DNA of 63,851 nt, counting the filler, from Cercozoa sp. M6MM (taxonomy: Eukaryota; Protista; Endomyxa: Ascetosporea): assembly GCA_040357565.1 (NCBI GenBank). It is 5 parts of 5 records of this genome, joined end to end, with 100 filler letters (N's around TTAATTAATTAA, not from the genome) between each part and the next. Parts side by side here need not be neighbours in the genome. Positions count along the whole stretch, not along the records: positions 20,766 to 51,037 come from JBDODJ010000130.1; positions 51,138 to 56,612 come from JBDODJ010000902.1; 3 more parts are not named here. The stretch is one strand, 5' to 3'. Under the pieces are notes generated by a model. It made no database searches. It saw only the letters and a program-made list of their open reading frames with translations, and was not told the DNA's origin. This document shows, in pieces, positions 40,267-53,304 of the stretch; position 1 is the stretch's first letter; every line of letters begins with the position of its first letter. The position numbers and the translations under genes were made by a program.

Positions 40267-42330
40267 CTAACGAAACGTAGGCGAATCGGGAACAGAGGAC
40301 GCGGCACCACCGAACAGCGCCTGGTACAAGAAGGCCTGTGACAGGAGCTCCTCAACCTGCCGCGTGTCCTGCCAAAGCAAACACAAGTGTCGTCAAAAAA
40401 GGAGCAGAGATCTCGGGGGTGTGTACCCAGTGTAGCAGCGGCGGCATACGCTGCAGAAACAGGATGATGTCTTGAAACGGCAAGGTGCGCAAGTGCTCGC
40501 CGAACTGCACGAGAAGAGCCGCACACACGAAGACGTGAAACTCACGAAACGCTGCGCCTGTCTCAAAGCACACCTTTTATTTTTGTGCTCAACAGGGCGA
40601 TATGGCGTTTCTACATACCTAGATCAGCGCCGAGCGAGAAGTACGCGTCCCAGAGTCGCAACATGCACGGCAGCGGCAACTCGCGTATCAGCAAGCAGTT
40701 CATCCAACGGAACGCGAACTGAAGCAGCACCTGAAGTCACAAAGCACAGCAATACAAACTATCAACAGAAAAAGGGAAGAGAGTGCACCACGCTAGACTC
40801 TTGCAGATGCTCGTGAAGCGCCTGATCGACGCGAGGCAGCAATTCTCCTAACCGCGCGATTTGCCTTTGAATGCCTGGCTGCTGATGCGTGTAGTGGTCC
40901 TGAATCACGTCCAGAAGTTTTCCCAAACAGCAGAAAACGTCAGCTTCCACGACCGCAAGTGCCTGCAAAGTATTGCGATACACGTACACCCCATCTCGCA
41001 CAAAGAAGTGCACAAACCATGTCTGCGTCAAGTTCAGAGTCGACGCTTTGCGATGCCGAGTTGCTTTCGCTTTCAGTTCGTGTTTGATCGCTCCTAGAAT
41101 CATCAGTGTGCTTTTTCTCACTGAACTGCTCCACGTCGGTGCCATCATCCTTGCCATTGCCACTGTTGACGTTTTGGTCATCGTTTCCGGTGACGTTGTC
41201 ACCAGCAGTTTCGTCAACTAAGTCCGTGCAGTACCGGTCCTTCTCACTTTCATCACCAAAGCGTCGAGCAACTTGCGACTGAAAGAAAACCGTTTACTTC
41301 AAAAGCTCGGTGGTGCTAAGAGCAATGAAAGTACCAAGTCGAGTGGATCGCGCACAAATCGTCGTAAAAAGCACACAAACAACGGCGTCGCCACGTCGTT
41401 GATGCCTTGGACGTAACTCGTTGCAGGATGTCTCAGAGCGTAAATAAAAAGCACCCTCCTGTATAGAAACACGCAAACGTTCATGTATTTGCCGTGCGAA
41501 TCTGCAACATACCTGAGCGCTTCTTGGAGGCGTCTTAAGCGGAACCCTTCGTACAAGGGGACTGTGCGCGGTACGTCCACATCGATCTGGCGCATGCAGC
41601 TTCTCTGTAAAAAGACAGATATTTGTTGAGTTGGAATTCTTCATTGTTGAAACTTCAAAGGAGCAACAGCTACCTGAGTGCGCGTCAGTGCCATATTCGC
41701 ATCGTCGCGAACCGCACTCTGCCAGTATCTGTCCCAAGGAGGATATTTCATGAACGAAGAACAGCTGACCAAGACAAAGCAAATTCACCTCTTCACCAAA
41801 AGCGCATAGTCGCTTCTTCGCTGCTGCATTCCTCTTTCTCTTCTGTCCTACTCGGTGTCTAAACATCGCGAGAATGCACGCTCAAAGTCGGAGAACACAG
41901 TACTTTGTCACGCGGCGCATAGCCAAGCAACAACGGCCATACTTGAAAACGCAGATCCTCAGGAACCCCGTTCCAGCAAACCTGAAAAAATACGCAAACT
42001 AACTCCATACAATATCGCAACACGTCATCACAATCGTACCTTGCGGAGAGCAACGAGGTCACAGCGCGGCTTGCCAATAATTGCCCTCAGTCGCCTGCGT
42101 GAGTGTCCTTCGGCACGCAGACGTGCAGTCTCGCGCCGCTCACGCTGGCTTTGCATGCGTCGCGAAGACTCTGAAATCGAAGCCGATCTTGACCGCGATC
42201 CATCCAAGCGGAGTGACTCACTCCTCGAAATTGAGTTGCTCTGCTGATCACTCCCCCTGCAATCGTCCTCGTCCTCCAGACTGCTTGTCGTGGGCGAGGA
42301 CTCACGGGATGAGCGCAGCCAGTTAACTCT
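40267..42330 (-). CDS. TBC-domain Rab GAP, TBC1D22/Gyp1-like (start uncertain)
   Basis: WNGVP..R..VWPLLLGY, QIDVDVPRT (IxxDxxR), YVQGIND (YxQ), VEADVF, QDHYT..QPGIQ and QFAFRWMNCLL. Confidence 0.92.
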
Positions 42331-42751
42331 GTCCTCACATGCAAAAGAAAATAATCACTCGAATCAGGACGCCACCAAGGCCAGATCCACGTTAAAAATA
42401 CATAAAGCTCATCGTCGCATACGCCTAGAACGCCTGGTAAACTTGAAAAAATATCACCAAGCTGTTTATTTACATTTTGTTGACCAATGTTAAAAATAAA
42501 ACTCGGAGGCCTTTAGTAATACTGGTCGAGAACGCGCGCGAGTGCGTGTACTGAATGTGGTAACTTTGGCGGTCACGCTAGCTCAGTGTCAATCCGGGCG
42601 GATTGTTTCTGACCAACAAAAAAAGAGTGAAGGGTGCGCAGACGAAACACTCGGCATGTCGTCGCTGCCAGAGTGCATCGCAGAATATCTTCGTGCAGCA
42701 CAGTAGGTCGCTTGTTGTGCTGTTTGTTGTGCTGTTTGTGTGTTAAGCTAG

Positions 42752-44140
42752 ATGTCCGTTTGGCATGTCAGATGCGAGGATTTGGCGGCGAGCTTTCTGT
42801 CGCGAGTGTCGCCGGCACGTGCGGCCGAACTGACTCGACACACGCGTCTGCACGCTCTGTTTGTGAGAAACAATCCGAGTGCTGTCAGAAGTTCCGTCAG
42901 TCGCACCAACACCAACAGCAGCAGCACCAACAGCAGTAACAGTCTCAGCAGTAACAGTTTGAGCAGTCTGGCCAGTTTCAGTCGAGGCAGTAACAGTATC
43001 AGTCTAGGCAGTAACAGTCTAGGCAGTAACAGTCGAGGCAGTAACAGTCTAGGCAGTAACAATCTAACTGACACCGGCTTAACGAGTCTGCCGACAATGC
43101 AGATGGCTCCAACGAGTGCTCCGAGTGCAGCCGAAAGTCCGACTGCACCCGAGTGTCCGACCAAGAGGAATGATGCCATCCTGCAGCAGCTGCTGGCGCA
43201 GCGACCGAAACGCACGCCACAGGGCCGCTTTGTGTGCGACTTCCCGGGCTGTGGCAAGCTCTTTACCAAGAGTCAGAACCTCCGGCGACACCAGGTGGGA
43301 CCCCTTTCTTCCCTACTCCTATCTGTCCTCATATACCCCCCCGTAGAAGAACGCGCACAGCGAGCAAGCGCGCAGGTTTCCGTGCGATCAGTGCGGCCAG
43401 TTGTTCTCGCGTGCGGCCGATATGCGATCGCATCGTGCTGCACACCACCCAGACGGTGTGTTACCCCTTTCGCCCCCGGGTTGCCCCTTACCCCCCCCCC
43501 GGGTGGCCCCCCCCCGGGGGGAGCGAGTGAGCAAGAAGCGGCGTCGCATGTGCACGCAGTTGCCGCCTCTCATCAGCGTTTCCGAGATGTACCAGCAGCA
43601 CGACGCGCACGATCTGCCGCCTCTGCATGCTAACTCACATGCACATACGCATGCACATCCGCATGCACATACACAACCATGTATGCATGAACATGAACAT
43701 GCACATGCATGTTCGCATGAGCATGCACATGCGCATGCACATGCACATGTACAAGACTCCCAGACATCGGAGCAGCAGGCTGGTGTGTGTCCCGCCGAGT
43801 TCGGCGCACTGCACCTGCAGAACCATCATCACGCCGGTGCCGCTGCTGACCCGAGTGTGCCCACCTGCGGTATTGTCGGCACCGACGACTTTGCGTGCGA
43901 TCACTGGATGCTGCGGCACGACGATCACTACGACTTCCTCATCAATGGCGAGTTGCATCACTGCGGTCCCGACGGACACTGCGAGAGTCACGGCTCTGTC
44001 CAAAGGTACCGTGTCCTCTCATTCACTCTTCCCTACCCCCCACATTTACATTGCGCAGTTGGCTCGACACCAACCCGCTGTCTGCCGACTTGTCAGACCG
44101 CTTATCGCAGCACCTGCAACCTAGTCCTCCGGCGCCGTAG
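42752..44140 (+). CDS. C2H2 zinc-finger protein with His-rich C-terminal region
   Basis: CDFPGCGKLFTKSQNLRRHQ|KNAH and CDQCGQLFSRAADMRSHRAAHH; KKRRR; (HA/HE)n tract. Confidence 0.85.
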
Positions 44141-44280
44141 TTTAACCGCCGATTCGATTTATTTGCTTTGAGTAACTCAGAAACAGGTGGCTACAACCGC
44201 GCGAGATTATGCAGTGAAAGCATGCCATAAAGCAGTCTTCAGGAACTTGAGCGCCTGTTGTTCTGCATTTAGGTGCCGGT

Positions 44281-45858
44281 ATGAGCTCCTTCAGGCGTCT
44301 GGGTGGCCACGGAGCCCGCGCTTTGACAGATTCGAGCAAGAAACGCGAGAAAACGCCGCCAGACGCTGACCCGAAAGTGCAGGCTGCGGCAAAGCCTGCT
44401 GTGGCGCCCTCTGCGAGCACCCAGAGAGCGAAAGCTCGTGGCACCAAGGCATGGCTGCATGGTGTGCACACTTGCAGCACAGGAATGCCGCGGTTGGACA
44501 ATGCATTGCCTTGCAAGGGTCTCCCACTGCACACTCTCACAGTCCTGGTACTTTGATAGTTTTCAGTACCGAGAACTGCTATGCTGAAATACAACGTTGT
44601 CTAAGCAGAGACGAGACATTGAAAGCGATTACGCGCGCATTTTCGTTCAAAGCATCGCGAGTATGGCGCTCGCACAGCAGTGCCCTGTCCTCTTCATCGG
44701 CACGAAGCGACGGCTGCGCGTGATGCGTGAGTCCATGCCAAAAATCTCACATGGAGCAGCTATTGACACGGGTACACTTCAACAAGTTTTCTGTGCCAAC
44801 TAAAGTCGATTCACTTGTGCCTTAGACAACCTCGGCGTGTCGAAGAAGGAACGAAAGGACATCCGAAAGCGCGAAAAGGCCTCGCAAAAACTTGGCGCAT
44901 CCGAGATGAAGATTGCCTTTCAGTACGAAAAGTATTTGCACTCTCAAAGCACGTCAGAGACGTCAAATCTTGGCAACGTCGTCACAAGCAGCGATTTTCA
45001 ACTGGACTTTTCCTCGCGTACTCTCGCTTGTTTCTTTGTGGCTTCACAATTAGTAATACTTGCATCTGTTTGTTTTTAAAGCGACACCACAGCGAATTCT
45101 CGAATTCGACATTCAAACTTTCGAGTTTAGCGACGCCTCCATGCAAGAGCGTTTCGAGCAGCGAAGAAAGGCGCGTGTACTGAGTGCTGCTCATGCAGCG
45201 ACTCTGGCCGTCGAAGTGTTTGCTGGCGTTTTGGGGTACTTTCACGCTGTCAAAATGAGCCTCCAAGTTGGATATTCTTGTTGCAGTGAGAACCACGGAC
45301 GCGTGTTTCTGTGCAACGTGACGCATGCTGCATGGGACGAAACCTCCACAGCGAAGTTGCTTCAGGTGCTACGCCGGTTGACGCGTCGTTGGCCGCTGCT
45401 CGCAGTTGCAACAGCTTCCGCCGACCGGCCGTATTTTGAGCACGCGGATGCTGTGCTGCATGTCGAGTCTTTCCAAGGCGACATGCAGTCCTTCGCAGCG
45501 GAGTCGCAGTACGGTGATTTCGACGGCGTTTTGCACTTGCTTCGCACTCGCACAGAACAGATGGCGTCACTGTCACCCCGTGTCATGCACACACCAAAGG
45601 TACGCACCCGTTTGTTCTTTGTGAATAAGCTCAATTCAAACATTGCAGCACCGTCGCATGCTGTTTAAAATGACGCGACACTGCATGAAGCTCCGACGCT
45701 TTGCTTTGCCACCCGAGCAGTCACGCAGCACGCGCAAAATCACGCAGGTCGAGGTGTCTTCGGGAAGTGCGTCGGGAGCCAGTCGCAGTACCAGTGCCGT
45801 GAGCAGCATCACGAGCACAGAGAAGAAGGACGCCCGGGCAGCTCTCGCTGAGTTCTAA
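44281..45858 (+). CDS. ELP4: Elongator complex subunit 4
   Basis: MSSFRR start, STGMPRLD..GLPL, MKIAFQYEK, FDGVLHL, FKM.R....LPPE and C-terminal EF*. Confidence 0.85.
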
Positions 45859-46062
45859 CGTACAGTAAAGAAAAGTGCGTTCGGTCACGTTCGTAAACAT
45901 CTTGCGCGCATGCGCGGACCCAATTGCGACGCAATCGGATCAGCCGGAGCGCCAGCGAGATCAGTTATTCGATCGATCCGCTGTGGCGGGTGGGTGCCCG
46001 AGTAGGCACTGAGCGGCACTCGGTGCGCACGCACGGTTTCGTTTCAATCCACAAAGTGCTCG

Positions 46063-46801
46063 TTATTCGTCGACAGCTACGGGGAGAAATGGGGATTTGA
46101 GAAACACGTTTGACAAAGGTCTGCGTGGTACCCGTGATACCGACGAGCGCGATCGCCGCACTGACTCGAGTGCACGCTGTCTCGTGAGTCCCAGCTGTCG
46201 GTGTAGGAATCGCCACCAGCACCGCGCAGCGTACTTGCCTGCAAAAGCTGCTAATCACCGCAGGGATAAATTGTGTAACTCGCAATACCATCCGCAATGA
46301 GAGTGAGCATGTGGGAGCGATCGACGCGACATTCGATACGCTCCTCGACGTTGGCTTCTTGTGTTTGCAGTTCCAGTTCTGCACGAGGCACGGGAGCTAG
46401 AAAGACGCCAAGCACGGAGCACAGATAGGACTGAGGGTACCACACAAATCAACTCCACCAGCAGCAGCACAGGGCCGACCACGCTTTAGCTGAATCATTA
46501 ACTGTCGCATGTCCTCTTGCTCTTGTGCAACGAACAGTGCGAACGAAGCCTCGTTCGTGAACCACAGTAGATGTCCTGTGCATGTACAAATGTACACACA
46601 TATACCTCTCAAAGCATCACGAAGACTGACCTTCAAACAGTGCGACGTAGAATCGCTGCAGTTTTCGCCGTCGTGAGCGAACCGTGAGCCATTCAGCACG
46701 GAGGACCTTGTGCTTGGCACTCGTGCATCCTGTTCGACGTAGAACATTTCCCAGAAATGTGCACCACTTGGCGTAATCTCTCTGTTCGTTTTTGTTTAAC
46801 A

Positions 46802-46879
<78 letters not shown>

Positions 46880-49083
46880 GCCTCGTATACTCGGTTGTTG
46901 GCGCACAGCGTCCAGACGCGCGACGGCGTCAGCAGCGAGAAGGCGTATGGTGAGGCACCTGCGTCTTCGGCAGCACGCAACGCGAGCACTTCGTCCAGGT
47001 CGATGTGCCCCAGTTCTCCTGCACACCGTGTTAAGCGAGACACTTATACTCCGTCATTAACACGGTGCACAACTGTGTTAAGTACCATCATCCACATTTG
47101 AACCGCTCGCATCAGTTCCTCCCTCCAAGATTGACCTGTAAACATTGTAAATATAGTAGGGAAGTTAAAAATAAAAGATAAGGGACGGCGATACACTGGA
47201 GCGCGATCGCGAAAGTAACGCATTTTCAGTCCATGTCGCCGACCGTCAACATCGAAAAAGCGACGCTTCCATGCGCTAAAATACTCAAAACTAGTTTCAT
47301 AAACACCACACAGAGCGTGCCTTACGTGTTGTGCTCGCCACGCTTGTCGAGCCACCCGAAACACACCAAATCGTCTTGTTCTATCTTGGGCAGCACCTGC
47401 AGTGCCGTGTGTGCCAATTCCGGTGTGTAACACGAGCCTAAGTGGAAGCGAGTGCACTTCTAAACACACAAGTCAACGATATCGGGAGTACCACATTTGC
47501 CTTGCACGATATCAAGTTCGTCGCCAAAGATGGCATCATCAACACTTGCTTGTCTACAACACGTTCACTTTCAAGCCATGGACATATACAGATAAATCAA
47601 TTCACTTACGTTGGCTGAGATGTCACAACGAGCGAGCTCAACAACTCGAACCACGGTGCCTACATTTTGCATTCTAAAAAGAAAAAAAAAACTATGAGCA
47701 CCAAAGTACCATCGTGGCATCATCAGTGAACGTCAAATCGACGGTTTCGTCATCGGCAGTCACCAAGTACATCTAAAATAAAAACAATTAGTCTCATGAA
47801 TTCAAAACAAACACAAGCTTCATGTGCACAGTACTGTGTGTGGAGGTTTCGGCTTTCCGCGTCGGTTGCGGAAGTCGGCAGAGTACCGAGCGCACTCCTT
47901 CAGTCCACGCAGGTCGACTCCAGGACCTGCAGTCACAAATTATTGTAGTTATAAATCTGCAAATCTGAACAACGAGGAGGGTACCATCGGGCGTATCACT
48001 GCGAGTGTTCTTAAAGAAACGCAACGTCAAGTCGCGCCGTGTGTTTAACACACACCAGCGCTCTTTGCGCGATCGCATGCGCACGGAACTCTTGCGACGC
48101 AACTAAACACACAACGCGAATCAACTTGGATTGAAATTAACAAAAAAGACACTACAGTTTCAGCCAAGATTTCGTGGGCTCGAGTTTTTGGCAGTGGTAC
48201 GGTCGATTGCGGTTTCTTTCATTGTGCAGACAGTGACTGGTTACTGGTGTATGTGAAGATGGATTTAGCAGATTATACCTCAGGTTCAGCAACAGCAACT
48301 TTAGATTCTTCTTCAGTCGTAGCACTACGAATGTCCTGTGTTCATGCACCAAAAAGAAGCGACATCTAACGGTACATCCATACCCATGACTGATTTGAAC
48401 ACGAGGCGTCGTGGCGAGAACCGTTTGAATGTCTTTGGCACCGCTACAAACGAGGAGAAAAATGCAACAACAACTGCAAATAGCGAAAAACAAGAAACCT
48501 TTCATTTCGAACTCGTTGGATTGTGGGAATGTTTGCATCGTCTTCGACCTGCAAGGGCGAAGGCCGATTCTCCTCGAGACTGTTATCAATATCTTCACTT
48601 TCGTGTTCGTCTCGTGGCAAAACGGGCGCTTCTGGCAGTTGTGACACCCGTGGCTGCATAAAACACTTTGAAAAAGTAAAGCACAGAGCAGATTAACACG
48701 CACCATTGGAACGAGCTCAGACGGTCTGTAATCTTCTTCTTGTGCTACACAAATGTCGCGTGAGGAATATGCCAGAATGAGCGCTGATTTATACCAGCTT
48801 CGTCCGGGTGCTCTTTCACATCAGTTCGACTGAGCCAGGCTTCCTCCTCGTAATCACGAAAGCGCACGTGCACCTGTTTGTTCACACATAATGCGCCTTA
48901 AGCTTTTTGTATGGCGTGAAAGCTGAAGCACTTTTTCACTGAGGTCGGTGAAATCATCGCAGACGAAGGCTGGGTAAAAGTAGCTACGGCAGAGATAAAC
49001 GGTAGAAGCGTAAACTTAACACAGAAGAGGTACCCATCATCCCAACGAGCGACTACGAGACGCCCAGGAATGAGATGACTCAT
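46063..49083 (-). CDS. Multi-PH-domain protein with Tudor-like N-terminus
   Basis: VVARWDDGY|FYPA..VHVRFRDYEEE (Tudor-like); RKERWCVL..FFK, GWLDKRG..WKRRFF and GHIDL..FSLLTPSRVWTLCA (PH). Confidence 0.65.
46804..46878. repeat. (CA)n microsatellite in intron
   Basis: Visible. Confidence 0.95.
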
Positions 49084-49392
49084 CGCAGAGGTCGTCCGCG
49101 CGGGGTACGGTGTGGACAAAATAAATCAGTAGGCGGTGCAGCTGGCTTTTTGCAAATTAACGTGCGCGTGCGTCTGCAAGTGCAAGTTTGATTGCTTTAC
49201 CGTGCACTAGAGTGCGTTCACTTCAAGTCATGAAGACCAACATCGCCCATCCAGGCAATGGGCTCTGTCTTGTCGATCTGAGCCGGTAGATGTTGTATGG
49301 CCGATTGCTGGCTGCACAAAACAATAGAGTCTGAGCGGTGATCGTTCTAAGCGTGAAGTGAAGAATAGCGTGTGCTCAAGTTAATCATAGTA

Positions 49393-50900
49393 ATGGACGA
49401 TGCAGCTTACAGGAATGCCGTGACGGAGATTGTGGAGCGGTTTGGAACGCCGACGTATGTGTAAGTTTGCGTTGTTTTTCTTGCTGCTGTTGCACGAAAA
49501 AGTGCGTAGGTACGACCTGCGAGTAGTAGAGCAACGTGCTGACGTAGAGTTTTCTGCATTCTAGCTCTGCGATTCGATGAAGCTTCTGTGCGCAGGAGGT
49601 GCTGCGTGCACTGTCGAAATGCGCGCGTTTCGAGGCTCTGTACGCCATCAAAGCCAACTGCACGCCAGCTGTTGTGAAAGTAGGTGTAGTTTCTGCGACC
49701 TTTGGTCTGTAACTACGAGGTCTTGTAGGTGCTGCTGAAGAAAGGCTTTGGTATCGACGCTGTGAGTCCAGGCGAAGTGATGCTGGCGCTGCGACTGGGC
49801 TGCGCTGCCGAAAGGATCATGTTTACCGAGAACAATGCCACCGAGGTTAGTGTTTTACTATTTTTCGCTTTCTCTTTCTTTTTTTTTTAACCTGTGAAAC
49901 TTACTTTAATTAATTTAAACCTCTTTTTATCTGTTTTTAAAACTGTGAGAATTACAGGAAGAATTGCGCTGGGCGCTCGAGCAAGGTGTCACTGTGAACT
50001 GCGGCTCCTTGCACTCGCTGCGAACCGTGAAGCGACTCGCGCATCAGCGCGGAGGTACGAATGTAATAATAATGATAGTAATTAAAGAGTTAGACTGGTT
50101 AGAACAAGTGAAGGTGGCCGTGCGCTTCAATCCGGACGTTGGTGACGCAGAGTGGTGCCCCATACAGATGTACAAACAAACTAGTTGATGAGAAGGTACT
50201 ACCTACAGTGCCAAGACACTAACGGCCGGTCCACTGGCGAAATTCGGCGTTCACTTTTCCTTGGTTTCGCAAGTGGCGGCGCTCGAGGACGACGTGCTGC
50301 GTGTGACCTGTGCGCACATGCACATCGGCTCCAACATCCTCGATGTGTAGGCTGTTACCCCCTACCTCCTTTGTACTCTCTTTTTACCTCCCTCCCGCTC
50401 CCCCAGCGAAGTGTACGCCGAAGCGATGGGCGTCATCGTGGACACAGCGACGCAGCTACCTCATCTGGACGCTGTGGATTTCGGTGGTACAAAATGGGTA
50501 CAAATGTACCGTACAATGTACATGCTTTGTAGGCGGACTGGGCGTGCCGTACTATGGCCAGAACGAGCGTTTTGACACGACGCTGCTGAGTGAGCGTGTG
50601 CTGCAGATTGCCGGTGTGCTCAAGGTACTTGCCTTAGGCAGTATCTCAACTCAGTGTCTCAACTCAGTGTCTCAACTCAGTGTCTCAACTCAGTGTCATC
50701 AACAACACGCTTGTTCTGACAGGACAAGACAGGCAAAGACATCAAGTGCAAACTCGAGCCAGGTAGCTTTTTTTCGAGTCAAGTTTCGTTGGCAGCAGCA
50801 GCGCCACGTGGCAGGCCGCTTCCTCGTGGCCGAGTCGGGCGCTCTGCTAACGCGTGTCACGTGTGTCAAGCAGCATCCGCAGGGACGTCTCTATGCCGGT
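49393..50900 (+). CDS. lysA: Diaminopimelate decarboxylase (3' end cut by contig end)
   Basis: FGTPTYVYD, YAIKAN (PLP Lys), IDAVSPGE, KFG, HMHIGS, DFGGGLGVPY and LEPGRFLVAESG. Confidence 0.9.
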
Positions 50901-50908
50901 GCTTTTTG

Positions 50909-50944
<36 letters not shown>

Positions 50945-51137
50945 TATATGTTACATATCTATAATAGACAGTATACATAGACATATATATATATATACAT
51001 ATACATATATACATATACATATATACATATACATATANNNNNNNNNNNNNNNNNNNNNNNNNNNNNNNNNNNNNNNNNNNNTTAATTAATTAANNNNNNN
51101 NNNNNNNNNNNNNNNNNNNNNNNNNNNNNNNNNNNNN

Positions 51138-52954
51138 CCCGTACCAGATCGTGCTTGGAGTAGGCCTTCTTGTCTTCGAGATCGGCGTCATCGCGAAAGT
51201 GGATGGCACACTCGTCGTTGTCGTACTTGCACACAGCCACCTCGTGGTACAGATGAACTCCGGCTCTGTGTACACAGGCAATGTCCATCTGTACCGTTTA
51301 TATGGACCACCGTGTGTGTCGGTACCTGCGGACAGTCTGCACGAAACGTTTCGAGTCTTGAAAACTGTCCAAACGACTGCCCGACTCTCTTGGACCGCTG
51401 CACCAATATACCCCTACTTACCCCCTTGCTCCCTGTATAGCCTCTCTTATCACCTGTTCCCTGTTCACCCCTATTTTACATCCCCAGTTACCCAAGCACA
51501 GCCTTGATTTCGGCATCACGACGCGAGCAGACGAAACTGCAGTGTCTGGCGCAGCGGTATTTCAGTTCGTTCGTGTTCTGGTCGAACTTGACTTGAGTGA
51601 CACCGCTGTGCTTGCTGCAACGCCTGTCAACAAAGCTGTACCTTTTCTTCTACCTTCCACTCGACCCTAACCCTACCCCCCTCCCAAGTGTAGTGGTACG
51701 GTCGCACGAGCAGTTCGTGCAGTCGCAAGTGTTCGGCCGAGTGACTGGCCGTGTCCAGCTTGAGTCGGTACAGCAGGTAGTTTTGTGCGTACACACTGGC
51801 CAGTCTGTCCCAACAATGTCAAACAAGTATTAACAAAAATAAGAATAATAAAGAGAGAAACTCATCAAAGTAACTGACTTGACATAGGAGGCATTGAACT
51901 CGCGTGCCACACGATTAGTTAAATCGGCTCGCAGTTTCTGTTGCGGCTTCTGCTTTATTTTTTTAAACTTTCATAAACATTTTAACACACAAGATAATAG
52001 TGTAAGAGAACGGACCTTCCCAAAATAAGCCGACACGTAGAAGGTGCGCATGTCGACTTTCAAGTCTGGCCGCGCACTAAGACACCAACCAACTCAGCAA
52101 CCGGTCAGTCAGTTACAAGAGACAGGTACCACACATCAGCAACCGAGGGAAACTGCAGCACGAAACGCGAGCGAGGAACAGCGATGGCACTGGCAGCTTC
52201 GAGAGGACTCATGCGACGCCGCCGCTTCGCAGGTCGCTCCGTCTGCACCGGCGCTCTGTGCTTTGATGAGCTTTCGTCGACAGAGACGTTGCTGCATGTG
52301 TTGCCGCCTGCGTTGCTGCCTGTGCTGTGACAGGGAGCAAACTGAGAGGTTTCGGCAGAGAAATTGACGTTTCGCGTTGAGTCGTTTTGATTCGCACAGT
52401 TCTGACGGTTTTCTTGCAGGTGCTCCTGTTGGTTCGACTGTTGTTTCGACTGTTGTTTCGGCTGTGATTGTTGCTGTTGCTTTGGTTGTTGATGGGCGTG
52501 TTGCTGATGTTGCTCAGGAGGAATGATTTGCTTTGGTGCAACGAACTTGCTTCTGAGGATTCTTTTCTTTGTCTTTTTCGTTTCTGCAGCTACTGCTGCT
52601 TTCTTCGAGGCTATTCGCACAGGTGCGGAAGCAGTTTGCTTTGAGACAGACGTTGCTACATCGAGAATCTCGTAGCACAGTCGATCGGTGTAAACAATGT
52701 CTTCCGAGTAGTCAGCTAAGCACAGAACTCACTTCAAAACAACTCAAACGCACTAGAAACGGACAAGTGCAACAGCTACCGGGAGTCGGCACAGGGTTGG
52801 AACTGTCAAACTTGACACTGCCCACGGTTTTTCCCAGACTGTCCTTAATGTAGCCAGTGCGCTTCACGCGATCCACAACCAAGAAGCCTTCTTCCCATTT
52901 CTTGCGTTTGTTGTTGCGATGACTCGTCGAGTAGCGCGCAGTGAAGCGCGACAT
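51138..52954 (-). CDS. ZGRF1: ZGRF1-like protein (DUF2439 + GRF-type Zn finger), 5' part
   Basis: FTARYST..KRKKWEEGFL (DUF2439); CSKH..YRCARHCSF (GRF-like); GVHLYHE..AYSKHDL resembles ZGRF1 IPLYEE..AYSKNDLW. Confidence 0.7.
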
Positions 52955-53031
52955 TGGACCTGCAGCGTTTGTTATCTGAAAAAGAAAAAGATGACAGAAA
53001 ACCACCACTACCCCCAGATCACCCAGTGGAT

Positions 53032-53110
53032 GCGCCAAAACCACACTTTCGATGTGCTCAAAGCTGCGGCACCTTAATGTTTCGCGTATTTTCGCGGGAG
53101 AAACGCCAAA
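53032..53110. promoter_or_regulatory. Cluster of E2F-like sites upstream of ZGRF1
   Basis: TTTGGCGC (- strand, 53032-53039), TTTCGCGT (53080), TTTCGCGG (53090) and TTTGGCGT (- strand, 53103-53110). Confidence 0.45.
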
Positions 53111-53304
53111 ACACTCTCTCGGCTCTTTGAGCCAACAGGATGTCTGCAGAGTCTGCTTGTAAAGGTTTTGACGGGTGTCCAAGTGTGTAGATACAGTGTT
53201 TAGTCTGGGTAACTTGCTGTACGAGCCACAAAGTGGTAAAACAGCCTTGTTATAGGGTGATCAAGGTTGTTCGCGCTCTGCAGCTGCCAGACCGACACCG
53301 AGCG

